DNA of 64,000 nt, taken from contig NC_043026.1 of assembly GCF_006345805.1 (NCBI RefSeq), positions 4,588,001 through 4,652,000 on the forward strand, written 5' to 3'. Below, one piece after another: positions 1-12,734 of the stretch (position 1 is its first letter; each line of letters opens with the position of its first letter). The DNA is from Octopus sinensis (Eukaryota). Position numbers and translations under genes: made by a program. The notes below the pieces were generated by a model. It worked only from the letters and a program-made list of their open reading frames with translations. It did no database searches and had not been told where the DNA came from.

Positions 1-600
<600 letters not shown>

Positions 601-2330
601 TATGGCTACCCTCGTCACATCTACTCTGATAATGTTTATTTCTATGTCCTCTTCAGGAGACACTCTATTCTCAGATGTTACGATCTATATGGACAAATGA
701 AATGGCAGTGGGAACTGCCTTTCCCTGTTCACCCTCACATTGCTGTTTTCCAAGGAACTCTTAATGTCCCCGACACTCAACTCAACAGGGTTCTTCTTTA
801 CAAGTATCAAGACCGGTCGTCTGCTTGCCTTTTACCCATTAAAAATCCTTATATCAGAAATCTAAATCTACGACTCAAAGAAAAGGAGAATGACCAAAAA
901 CTTGTCATTGGCGAAATATGTAATCTGTCCAATGGACAGTTGGTGGTGTCCGACATCAAGCATGATTGCTTGTTGTACATTTCTGAGGAAGGAGACATTG
1001 TGTCCAGATTATCTCTGCTGTCTACAGCCACAGATATATGTTAGTGGGGTTCTAATAATATAGGGGTCACAAGATGGTCGCCAGTGTTTTACAGTCCCAA
1101 ATGAAACCTCCCCACAATTTCTATGGTGAATGTATAGATAAAAATGTTTATCTGTTAGACAACATGCCTATGTTTGTTATAAATGATTACGCTTTGGTGG
1201 TTAAGGATCTCGTTACAAATAATCAGCTTAATATTGACATGGCACATCTATTTTATAGAAACATCTGTGTCAGTGAAATGTTGTCTTCTAAATTCTATCT
1301 ACAGGATCTCCAGGTTTCCGAGACAAACAACCAGTGCAGATTTTTCGTTTGGTTATTACTGAAAACAACTTGATTGCAATATACGACAGGAAAAATAAAA
1401 AACATAAGAAATTCATATTTGATGGTCATCTTTTGGATTCTATCAAATTGAATGTCTCTCCCATCAATATGTGTCGATGGCAGTCAAACCAACTGGTTAT
1501 TACAACTGGTGATGGTGACAACCAAATGTTGACATTAAAAGTTGAATTTCAATTGTCATTGGTGATTTAGCAGACAAGAAATAAATATCATTGTATTGCT
1601 TCTTTGTCGGATGGTCTACTAGTATATAATTGGGATGGAGATGAACGTACTTTGTATGTCATTGATTTTGATGAAATCCATTCGACTGTGAGTATAATGA
1701 AGCAAATAGACATATCCGAGACATTATTGATGAGAGGTGGTGAGGTTATTGATTATGTTGAAGGCATATGCAATATTACAGTGACTGTTAATGATGTCAT
1801 CCTCATTAGCAACAACAAATTCATCAATTTCCTCAGTAGTGATGGTCAGTATTTACATTCAGTTAGACACTACATGAAGTATATCAGTATTCATAGCAAC
1901 ATAACAGTTGATGAGAAAAGATATCATCTCTATGGTATATTTAAAAACATGGTGTGTTTCACACAGACTGGTGACCACAGCAAAATATATTTAAATGAAA
2001 GAATTTGTGTATGTAAAGTGGGCTTTAGCTGTATAAACAGTAAAGGGCCGAGATTTATTGGAAGTCACAGAAATAAATTGTATGTTGAAGGTTTGTTTCA
2101 GCTTAATCGGGAGAGATTCCCTGTTTGTCGGTTACAAACAGACGACTGTCCTGTTCAAGTAAAAGATTTTGATGTCTCTGAGGAAGGAAAGACAGTTGTG
2201 TGTGAAAAAGCCAATAATGGAAATGTTAAAATATTCGATAGAGACGGGGAGTTGCTATGTCATAGAGATGTTGGAAGTTTAGTTGGTGGTGTGTATTTTA
2301 CAGGAGAAAGAGGGATAATGGTCACACTTA
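601..2330 (+). pseudogene. Partial, disrupted paralogue of the 1393-aa tandem beta-propeller gene (equivalent to about aa 614-1320)
   Basis: 601-1060 is nearly identical to 39121-39590. ORFs 697-1044, 1074-1373, 1334-1570 and 1604-2401 are collinear with the intact protein (e.g. VQVKDFDVSEEGKTVVCEKANNGNVKIFD). It has a ~315-bp deletion near 1070, stops and frameshifts, and is truncated by a SINE. Confidence 0.92.
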
Positions 2331-2334
2331 CTCT

Positions 2335-2560
2335 CTCACTCTTTTACTCTTTTACTTGGTTCACTCATTTGACTGCGGCCATGCTGGAGCACCGCCTTTA
2401 ATCGAGCAACTCGACCCCGGGACTTATTCTTTTGTAAGCCCAGTACTTATTCTATCGGTCTCTTTTGCCGAACCGCTAAGTAACAGGGACATAAACACAC
2501 CAGCATCAGTTGTGAAGCAATGCTAGGGGGACAAACAGAGACACACAAACATACACATGC
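2335..2560 (-). mobile_element. 3' half of the abundant tRNA-derived SINE; truncates the paralogue
   Basis: Reverse complement matches 19600-19800 (ggcggtgctccagcatggccgcagtcaaatg). Confidence 0.85.
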
Positions 2561-3231
2561 ACATATATATATATATATTATATATATATTATATATATAT
2601 ATATATATACGGGTGTGTGTGATTGTGTATAGAAAAATATATTAATACAAGGAATTCCAACCGTGTCTGATTTTCACGTTTTATTTACAATCTTATAATG
2701 ATATAATATAATATAATATAATATAATATAATAAAATAAAATAAAATAGTAGAATGTTAAATGTTCATTCTGATTGAACTAGTACTTTCATGCATTAAAT
2801 TCTGCAATCTTCAGGTTCCTGTAGTAGTGGTGACATTCATGCTTCACAATTTTCAACTGTAGCGAGATGATTGAATCTGTGCTTTAAATACAGTTGTGTA
2901 GGCTCCAGATGCTAGGTTTTGCAAACTGTATTCTGACCAATCAGTGTGTAGTATCACTCAATTACTTAAGCTGATTGGTTGGTTGAGCTGATTGGTTTAG
3001 GCATCACGCTTTGTTGGACATGTCAAGAGTCCTGTATCTTGACCCTGGCCGAAGCAGCAATTGTTGGGCTATTTTTAGAAATGTTGTAAATAGCCTTCTT
3101 CAGAGATTTTTATTTCAATTGTCATCATCATCATTGTCAGCACCTTAATTATTGTTGCTAGTGGTGATGGTGGTGGCAATAGAACTTTTAACCCTAAATA
3201 AGATCATTTTCCTGCTATCTAAGTATTATTA

Positions 3232-5095
3232 TTATTGCTTATTTAGCTTGGGTTCGAATTTATCAATAAAATTATTTTCTCTGATTTTCCTCTCGATTTC
3301 ACTTGGGCTTTGTAATTTGTAGAATGGAAATATTATATATATTTTCCGGCCACATGTTGCTAGGTGGTTACTTAAAGATATCTGACGGACCTCTGGGTCT
3401 CTAATCTGTTGTCGGTGTACACGTGAGCATTCTGATAGTGCGTTTCCTGTCTGACCTACATATACTTCTTCACAATTTGGGCATTTGATGCAGTAAATTA
3501 AATTTCTGCTTTTGCAGTTCATATTCGTGTTTGTGAATATTTTCCCGGTGTTTGTGTTTGTATATTGGCCGGTATGTATGAATTGGCATGTGCCACAACG
3601 GCTATCATTGCATTTAGATACAGTGAATGTTTGGTCTTTGTTGCTAAGGTCAAATTTTGCCTTTGTTAGTAATTTTTTCAAGTTTTTAGGCTGTCTTTTA
3701 CAAAGCACCATAGCTCGATCCGTGATTATGTCTTTTAATTCATTACTTTGGGCAATGATTGGTAGGTTTGCTTTGGTAATGTTGAAGATTTTCTGGTGAC
3801 ATGGGTTGTGTGTCACTATGAATGGTTTTTGTTTTCCTCTTCCTTGGGTTGTCCTAAGTTGTTGTATGGGTATTTTTATAGCCTGCTGTGTGCCATTTTC
3901 TATAAGTAGAGATGGGTATTTTTGTTTGAGCAAACATTCTCTTAGTTCTGTTAGGCGTTTGTTCCTGATATTTGCATCTTCTATAATGGTACAAATTCTT
4001 CTGGCTAGGCAGTATGGCATGTTGCGCTTTGTATGTGGTGGCTGGCACGACTTAAAATTTAGGTATTGATGTGTGTCTGTGTGTTTATAGTATATATCTG
4101 TGGTGTTGGTGGTGTCTTTTTTAATTACCATTATATCTAGGAATGGTAATTTGGTACTACTCATCTCCTTTGTAAATTGGAGAGATGGGTGTAGGTTGTT
4201 CAGGAGGATATTGAACTCTTCCAGAGTATTTAGAGATTCTGTCCAGATTATGAAGCAGTTGTCAAGGTATCTCTTCTATGCCTTTTCAATATACTTTCTA
4301 AATCCAGTGCCATAGTTTACCTCCACCTCTTGGTAGAGTTGTGGTTCTAAGTATCCCATTACAGAGTTGGCGTAAACGGGAGCAAACCTCGTTCCCATCG
4401 CCGTGCCTCTAATTTGGATGTAATTCTTTCCATTGAAGAAGAATGTGTTGTTTTCTAGAATAAGTTTGACTGTGTCTAATATAAATGGCACTGTGAATCT
4501 GCTGGGAATCACTTCTCTATGTTTTTCTAACCAGTATTTAATTGCCTTTATTCCTAAATCGTGTGGAATATTGGTGTAGAGGCTTACCACATCAAAACTT
4601 AGTAAAACTGATTTTTGTTTCTGTTGTTTTGGGAAGATGGGACAGGAAGACGATGTCATCCGTGATGAAACTGGGTATGTAAGTACATAGTGGTTTCAAA
4701 ACAATGTCAATAAAATTGCTTAGACGGTGGGTAGGGCATGCTGGACCAGCTATAATAGGTCTAAGTTTTAGGTCTTTTGGATGTAGTAATTTTATGTACT
4801 CACTTTCTTGTTCTTTTACTGCCTGTTGAATATCTTTTGATTTATGTATTTTCGGTAAGCCGGAGAAGTTGCTGGGTTTTGGTTCGAAATTGGTGATGTA
4901 GTCTCTTTCATTATCCGTAAGTGAGTTGTAGTGTTTTGAGATCAGGTTGTTGATCTTTTTCATGATGTGGTGGTCTATATTTGCGGGTATTTCACAATAG
5001 AAGGTTGTGTCCTTCAGTTGGTCCTCAACCAAATCCTTATAGTATTTGGTATCCATAATAACAATTGCACCACCTTTATCTGCTTTGTATGATAA
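3232..5095 (-). mobile_element. Penelope-like retroelement (RT plus GIY-YIG endonuclease), frameshifted
   Basis: RT motifs KADKGGAIV, LRPIIAG, SFDVVSLYTNIP, GTAMGTRFAPVYAN, RYLDN and LPFLD. C-terminal YCIKCPNCEEVYVGQT is a GIY-YIG signature. Split across three ORFs. Confidence 0.93.
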
Positions 5096-5099
5096 AATT

Positions 5100-5460
5100 C
5101 AGGACCGACATCTCCATTACCCTGTCTAAACAATCCCGCTACAAAGCCAAATACGAAGCTATCGATGATCAAATCAGAGACGAAATATCCAAACTAACAA
5201 CCGGCAATATAGCAGAAAAAATGTGAGAACTATGGACCAGAGATATCTCAAAAGAAGTAAGCAGATCAAGAAAGTTTTGGCAGCGGAAACAATTATTTCT
5301 CGACAAATATGCTACAAATTACGGTAAAGACACCAGAACTCTGAGAAATAGCATTAAAAGTGGACAACTTCACAAACGCAACATACGCCAGAACACGTGG
5401 CAACATGAACACCCGTTTCACCACGAATCGAAGACGAACTACGGTAAGAACTCTTCCCTT
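5100..5460 (+). mobile_element. Probable N-terminal Penelope ORF fragment in opposite orientation
   Basis: Plus frame reads TDISITLSKQSRYKAKYEAIDDQIRDEISKLTTGNIAEKM*ELWTRDISKEVSRSRKFWQRKQLFLD with one stop, abutting the truncated 5' end of the minus-strand RT. The family assignment is from recalled resemblance only. Confidence 0.5.
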
Positions 5461-5955
5461 TTTGTATGCAAACACCCTCATGCACACACCATGAACAAAA
5501 AGCACAAACAAAATAGATATTCTTTTGAACAGACCATTATCAGTAGAAATAAGAGGAGATCATTTCCAAGACCTCAACAGAGATTACCTTATCATGATTT
5601 CATACTTTCCTATCTTTCTTGTAATTCTCGGAGTTTTAATAGCTGTCCTCCCCTCACTCCAGTGAGAGCAATCCGGAAAAGCGGTTTCGAATCTCGATGA
5701 ATACTTTTCCCTTCACTTATGGTGGAATGCAATAATCCTAATTAAATTACATTAATAAAATATAGACCTTATGCTTGTGCGTGTGTGAGGGGGGGGGGGG
5801 CGTATGTATAATTTTGCACAAAGACAATAAAACTTGGAAAGAAACTACCTACACTTAAGTAGAGAAACATTTTTACAGGGTAAAGCTAACACTAACTTCG
5901 AAGTTATTAATCAAACCAAATGTTAGAACTTCGAAGTCACTGTCAATATTTTCCC

Positions 5956-6372
5956 GGATCTTTTCGGTTTGAACGGCAGTTTCTTAAAATAATTTCCACG
6001 TAACTAAACACTTTTAAACTTCGTATACTGGTAGAATGTGTTTATAAAACATCTTTTTCTCTTGGCTTTATTGAGAAAATTCTATAGTTTGTAAGATATT
6101 TGTTGTTTTTTTTTTCTTCAATCTCTGCAATTTCAACCAATCAATGACGTCTATTGAGGTGAAAACATTCTATGCCGTATGAATATATCCCTCGTTTAAG
6201 AAACAGATTGGGTTTATTTACATTGCTGAAGAAAAAAAAATACCCTTCCCCCCTCCTAACCCTAACCCTAAAACAGATTGAAATGCAATAGATCGATACT
6301 AGTGTCATAATTATGGGTGACAATTTCATATGACACCGCTAGAAAAAACTGCCGTTCAAACCGAAAAGATCC
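5956..6372. mobile_element. MITE with 27-bp TIRs and 8-bp TSD (Merlin-like termini)
   Basis: ggatcttttcggtttgaacggcagttt (5956-5982) and its exact reverse complement (6346-6372). TSD attttccc at 5948-5955 and 6373-6380. Confidence 0.9.
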
Positions 6373-6393
6373 ATTTTCCCTCTTAATAAACAC

Positions 6394-6418
6394 GTATGTA
6401 TGTATGTATGTATGTATG

Positions 6419-6449
<31 letters not shown>

Positions 6450-6695
6450 GGAGTATTCATCGACTTAAAGTAGTAGGCATGTACTGTGTATGAGTGCTCT
6501 GTTTGGTTTACCATTGAAGCTCCAGTTTCAACAGCAACTGAACGTGTGATGTTGAGACCGACGATCAGAAGCGGTTATATGTGGTTATTCCTTGAGCAGA
6601 TAAAAGATTAAAGTAAGATTGAAAAAGCAAGCCGTTTGCATCACTTGAAAAAGACGTTTAATTTAGATCGAGAATATAGCTATACAGAGTCTCTC

Positions 6696-6732
<37 letters not shown>

Positions 6733-6779
6733 ATGTATGTATGTACGTATGTACGTATGTATGTACGTATGTATGTATG
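6394..6779. repeat. (TATG)n and (CTGT)n microsatellites
   Basis: Tetranucleotide runs at about 6394-6448 and 6688-6779. Confidence 0.9.
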
Positions 6780-6789
6780 GGAAGTGTCT

Positions 6790-7105
6790 TCCTATGATGC
6801 TGACATGCAGTGTCTGTGCAAGACCCTGCCTCAGTAAAGCTGGACTCAAGAGTCATCTTCGTAGTCATAAAGCGAGATGGATGAGTGACAACCTGGCCAC
6901 TTGTGGTGGTGCTACACATCATACTAATTATATCTCTCAGGCATGTGGAAGAGAGTGTAATTCGACATGCAAAGGTACGTGAAGCCCAGTTACAACTACA
7001 GCCGGCTTTTTACCGGTAAAGGTTTTAGCAGCCAATTCTGTACAAGACATTGTAGATCTTTAGCTGGGCTAAATAGTCACATTCGATCACAGCTCCAATA
7101 ACAGT
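6790..7105 (+). mobile_element. 3'-end fragment of a non-LTR retrotransposon with C-terminal C2H2 fingers (RTE-type)
   Basis: CSVCARPCLSKAGLKSHLRSH, followed in other frames by CGRECNS and FCTRHCRSLAGLNSHIRS. Confidence 0.6.
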
Positions 7106-7437
7106 TAAGCTTCGTGCAATGGCCATACTCGATAACGAGGGGAAGCCATCATGTATATGTAATCGTTTAAGGGAGCGTCGTCGCCATACTCCCCCAACAA
7201 ACCCTTCTGACGAGCGCTCGAATTAGGTTTTTCTCCAAACACTTGCGTGAAAAACCGATTGGTAAAATTGGCTGAAATGTATGATTAATACTGTTAGTAT
7301 AAATATTAATACGCGTACAGCATGTCTGCTACTGACGCAATAAGTCTTGTGCTGTATGCAACATGAATGTACTACAAATTATATCTATTGTAGTAATGTA
7401 AATTTTAGCCTTCACACACTGGATATATATAAACAAA

Positions 7438-8023
7438 TGTAGTGGATGCGTGGATGTATTAATAAATACATAAGTGCTTTGTAAATTAAAGATTTATTAT
7501 CACTACATCAATTTGTAAGCAATGCTACACATCGCTTGTACAAAATGCATATTAAATAGTGGTTGCAAATAATACATATTAAAGGAATGCATAATACAGG
7601 ATACACATTAAAGCAGAATATGTTTGATGGTGTGTGTGTGTGTGTGTGTGTGTGTAAATCATGCATGACAGAGTCACCTTTCTGAATATTCTTTCGTCGT
7701 CCTCATAAATGCGTGACGTTCTCTTAAACGTTGGTTCGGCTTCTCTCTAGATACCTATTTCTCCGTTCTATTTATAACATCTCAAATAGCCAGAAAAATA
7801 GATATACCGCAAGAGTGTTATTGCGTACAGTAGGTCGCTGGTCGTCCTATTAAACTTCGCCTGACCTGCTCGGGTCAGAGGTCGAAGGGAGACGATCCAT
7901 CATTTTTTGTCAGAACAAAGAGATTCTGATTTCGCGCCTTTTTGTGCATTGGTATTTTACGACCAATGATTCTTGGGTCTGATTTCGAATCCAAGCTTTG
8001 AGAAGGAAGTGCTAATTCTTACA
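7438..8023 (-). repeat. 3' LTR
   Basis: Near-identical to 12735-13319. On the minus strand it is preceded by the polypurine tract AGAAGGGGGG (about 8027-8037). Confidence 0.95.
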
Positions 8024-8597
8024 CTACCCCCCTTCTAGTGAGAAAGCCACAGAGATCGAACGATATTGGAAATGTATTATTATTATTATTTTTATTATTT
8101 TTTTTTTTTTTTTGATTGTGTGCATGTAGAAAAAAAATTTTTTTTTACACATTGAACGATAAAAATATGGATGAAAGAGTTACAATTTGTATGTGCTATA
8201 TGGTGGGCAATATGTATATGTGCCCAGGCAGAATTATGTTGGTGCGTTGAAAGAGATGTGCGTCTATTGATTACTCGACCTACTAGAGGTCTAATAGAGA
8301 CAAGGTATCTTTCAGTGGCGAAAAAAAAAATCGAGTGATAGCACGCATGAGAACAAGATTTGTAAATGTGTGTGGATATACAGTTAGCAAAAAAATATAT
8401 TTATGAGAAAGCAAACATTTTGAAGAGAAAACAAAAAATATGTACATGCAAAAATGAAAGAAATGTTCATCGGCAAAGTTCGATTTTGAAATGTTCCGTA
8501 AAAGTTCATACAGACAGTTTTTGTTTTCATTTTTTTTTTCTTTACGTACACAAATGTTCTTTGATTTCTCTGGGTGGGTGATGCAGTTATGTGTTCA

Positions 8598-11500
8598 TTA
8601 GGAAGATGGATACGTTAGGAGTTCAGAACTTACCCGAAAAACTTGCACAAACCTTGCTGGCCATCGAACTGTTCTTCCTGATTTGGTGTGTCGGGGTTGT
8701 GCAGAATCTGTGGTGTTCGCTGGAGTTGCCGAGTCTGTTTGAGGAAAAGAGGGGACTGAATGTAAGTCCTCCTCGATGAAAGCTTTTTTTAAACGATCAA
8801 TCGAGACCGTATTTCGTTTACCTCCAATATCGAGGACGAAATACTTGGGTTCTCTTTTGATGACCTTGTAGGGCCCGGAATATGGTGGTCGAAGTTGAGA
8901 GGGTATCCCATCATTCCTCACGAAGACATGAGTCCATGTGTTGATATCTTTTGGGACACGTGAAACGACGTTCTGTTGTATGGGGCCTGAGGGTGATACT
9001 TGCGACATGGATGTTCGTAATCGGTGCACATATTGTTGTGGGTCAGGGAAGTTTTGTGAAACAGGTTCGATCATCTGCCCAGGTAAGGTGAGTGTTGTGC
9101 CATAAACGAGTTCGGCCGGAGTATATCCCAGTTCTTCCTTAATCATGGATTGAATTCCAAGGAGGATGAGAGGGAGATGTTCCAACCAGTGAGAACTGTC
9201 TGGAGCTGCTTTTATAGATGCCTTGAGTTGGCGGTGAAAGCGTTCCACCATGCCATTTGCTGCAGGGTGGTAAGCTGTAGTGCGGGTGTGTTTACACCCG
9301 AGGAGACGAGTCAGCTCGGTGAAAAGGTGGGAATCGAACTGACGTCCTCTGTCGGTGGTAATTGTTGCGGGTGTGCCAAAACGCGAAACCCATTGTGATA
9401 TCAGCGTTTTAGCGACCGTTTCTGCTGATATATCAGATAGGGGCCAGGCTTCGGGCCATCGCGAGAACCTATCTACGCAAGTTAGCAAATATGAATAGTT
9501 CTGCGAAGGTGGCAGGGGTCCAACGATATCAATGTGAACGTGCTGAAATCGTGCATCGGGCTGTGAAAATGAACCGATTGGTGATTTTATGTGCCGGTGG
9601 ATTTTCGCTTTTTGGCACGCAACACAGCACTTGGTCCATTCTCTGATATCCTTGTTGATACTGGTCCACACAAAACGGGTCGATATTAGCTTTTGAGTGG
9701 AGCGAATACCAGGATGTGACAGAGAATGTAGAGCGGAGAAAACTTCTCGACGATATTTCTGTGGTACATAAGGGCGTTGGTAACCAGTGGAAATATCACA
9801 CCACATTATGGGCTGTGGATGATGGTAGTGGAACATGCTGAAATTTCAGAGATGACGAATTCCGGAGCTTTAGAAGTTCTTCGTCATTCTCCTGGTCAGC
9901 TGCTATACGTGCCAGATCAATTGTAGACGTGGTGTGGATAGCATTGATCTGCGCACGTGAAAGTGCATCGGCTGCCACGTTGGTCGTCCCTTTGATGTGG
10001 CGTATATCCGTCGTGTACTGCGATATGAAGTCGAGGTGACGAATTTCTCTCGGCGAATGGCGATCCGGTTTGGTGTTAAATGCGTATACTAATGGCTTGT
10101 GGTCGGTATATATGGCAAAATTGGTACCTTCTAGCATATGACGGAAATGCTTAACGGCCAGGTATGCCGCCAATAATTCCCGACTGAATGTGCTGTATTT
10201 GGTTTCCGCGGGTTTTAACCGCTTAGAAAAGAAAGACAACGGTTGCCATATACCGTCAACAAGCTGTTGTAGCACAGCTCCGATTCCGGAATCGGATGCA
10301 TCAACGAGTAAACATCGTGGGGCGTCTGGTTTTGGATAAACCAACATGGTAGCGCTAGATAACGCTTTTTTCAGGGCAGCGAAGAAACGAGTTGATCTTC
10401 GGTCAGAGCTATATCTGCGTTTTTGCAGGTTCGCTGACGTAGCAAATCCGTGAGCGGTTGCGCTATTTCAGCGAGGTGGGGCACGAACCGTCGATAGAAA
10501 TTCGCTAGACCGAGATATTCCCTTAATTTGCGGAGAGATGTGGGTGGTGGAAAATCCACGATGGCCTTGACTTTCTCGGGAAGGGGACGAATTCCATTTT
10601 TATCGACTATATGGCCGAGAAAATGAAGGGAAGCAACTCCGAACAAACATTTGGTAGGGTTGATAACAATTCCGAATTTACGTAAACGTTCGAATAGCAG
10701 GTGAAGGTGTTGATTATGCTCTTCGTCCGAGTTACTGGCCACGAGTATGTCGTCTATGTAGGCATAGACGAAAGGCAAACCTCTAGTCACCATGTCGATA
10801 AACCTTTGGAATGTCTGTGCCGCGTTTCGTAAACCGAAAGGCATACGCAGGAATTCAAACATTCCGAAAGGTGTAGTCACTGCTGTCTTTGAGATGTCTG
10901 CAGGTTCGACTGGGATTTGGTTGTATGCTCGCACCAGGTCGATTTTTGAAAAGATGCGAGCTCCATGCAGCGAGCTCGAAAAGTCCTGAAGAAAGGCACC
11001 GGATAGGCATCACTGATAGTGCTTTTATTCAGTGATCGATAATCGCCGCAAACCCCGCCAATCGGTCGATGATTTTTTTGGGACGCAGTGTATCGGCGAG
11101 GACCAGTTGCTGCTGGAAACGCGGATGATTCCGAGGTCGAGCATGTGCTGGAATTCCCGCTTGACGGCCTGGAGACGATCAGGTGGTAACCTTCTGGGCC
11201 TTGCAGCAACAGGTGGACCGCTGGTTTTGATGTGGTGGGTAACGTCGTGCTTTATCGGCTGGTTATGAAAAACTGGCCGGGCGACATCTGGATAATCATT
11301 CAGGATGGAACTGTGACGAGTCGTTGTCGTAAGCATTACAGTTGGGCTGACTGTGTCCATTCGAGCGGCTATACCGCGCACAGTAAGCTTGGTGGTGGTG
11401 TCGACAAGTCGTCTGTTCTTTATGTCTACCAGGAGACCGAAATGATGCAGGAAATCGGCTCCTAAGATAGGGGTCGGCAGTTTAGCGACGACGAATACCC

Positions 11501-11840
11501 ACTGAAATGTGCGGCGTAGTCCTATGTTTAATGTTAGGGACTGTTCACCGTAGGTTGGAATGGGTGAATGGTTGACTGCCTGAAGACAGACTGATGTCTC
11601 TTTTCTTTTTCCAGAAGTGTTGGAGACTGGGATGATGCTGACTTCCACACCTGTGTCAACCAGGAAACGCGTGCCTGTTACACGATCGCAAACGAAAAAC
11701 AGGCGACTGTGTGGGTGCGAACCAGGAACTTCCGTCGCGTTCAATTCCTGGCTGTGCCGTTTCCCGAACTGGGTGAGGAAAACGAGCACGGTACCGTACA
11801 TTTTTGTGCCCGTGTTCTGAATGTTCGGTGGTACCCACAC
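8598..11840 (-). pseudogene. pol: gypsy pol (protease, RT, RNase H, integrase), frameshifted
   Basis: FLVDTGVEVSII (protease), [14 protein letters not shown]...[11 protein letters not shown] (RT), LLVDASDSGIGAVL...DHKPL (RNase H), HSLSHPG...HIDIVGPLP...TDRGRQF...NGMVERFHR and GPY (integrase). Confidence 0.95.
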
Positions 11841-12733
11841 GTGTCATGTGAGTTTCGGGTAGCACTGGGGCTTCGAGACCGTCTGCCATCTCATCGAGAT
11901 CGGCTGGTGCTTCGACGCTGGGGACTAAACTTTAGGGCTTGTATTTGGGCTGTGAGAATTTGTATTTGCGCAGCTTGCTGCGTCATTAATGCACGCAAAT
12001 CCGAAATCTCTGAAGAACTGGTTTGTGCACGGAAAGGATTGGTACTGGGAGCGGCTGGCGTCACCGTCGATACCGTTGGATATCTGTGCGGTACTTCGGC
12101 TATTTTGTCAGCTAGCTCCGCCAGTTCTTCAAGGGATGTGTTTTCTCTGGTGGACGCGAGAACAACCTGGGTATTGGAGGGCAGACGCTGGAGAAAAAGT
12201 TGCTTGAAGATTTTTTCTGGGAGCGTCTCATCTCCGAGAAGCTGTTTCATTCTCCGAAGAAGCTGGGACGGCGTTTTGTCACCCAATTCTTCCGATATCA
12301 GAAGCTGGTGAAGTCTTTTTTGTTGGGATTCTGAGGTTCTGTTTATTAACGTGGTTTTTAAAACTTCATATGAAACAGAACCGGGTGGTGCCATGATAAG
12401 GTCGCGTATCACGTTCGTTATTTCTGGTGACAGAGAACTGATAACGTGAGAAAGTCGAGCCGCATCGCTCGATATTCTGTGAGAGGCAAACTGTGCCTCT
12501 ATATGGTGAAACCACAATGTCGGGTCGTGGGTCCAGAATGGTGGAATTTTTAACGAGATCGCCGCTTGGAATGCCATGTCGATGTTGGCCGCTGGGTTTT
12601 GTTCCGGGAGATTCATTGTTTTCGTCGGAATTTTCAGTTGCTTCGTTGCTGGTGATGTGCAAACTGTAATTCTTCGACGCGGTTGATGAAGCTGGTTCCG
12701 GGGAAGGCGCGATTCGTTTTGCGGGGTCACCAA
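11740..12733 (-). pseudogene. gag: gypsy gag with one premature stop; GGGAAAC slippery site at 11759-11765
   Basis: LKIPPFWTHDPTLWFHHIEAQF...LGDKTPSQLLRRM. TGA at 11891-11893, then in frame CGYHRTFRTRAQKCTVPC and SGN overlapping the pol frame. Confidence 0.92.
12722..12732 (-). promoter_or_regulatory. Primer-binding site, tRNA-Trp type
   Basis: TGGTGACCCCG begins 2 nt inside the 5' LTR edge and is complementary to the eukaryotic tRNA-Trp 3' end. Confidence 0.85.
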
Positions 12734-12734
12734 A

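Noticed and set aside
8040-8597. Possible env or extra ORF between integrase and PPT
   Set aside because: AT-rich with homopolymer runs and no substantial ORF on the element strand. Treated as 3' non-coding sequence.
11709-12311. 200-aa plus-strand ORF and similar antisense ORFs over gag/pol, RTE and CR1 sequence
   Set aside because: Shadow ORFs opposite genuine retroelement coding frames.
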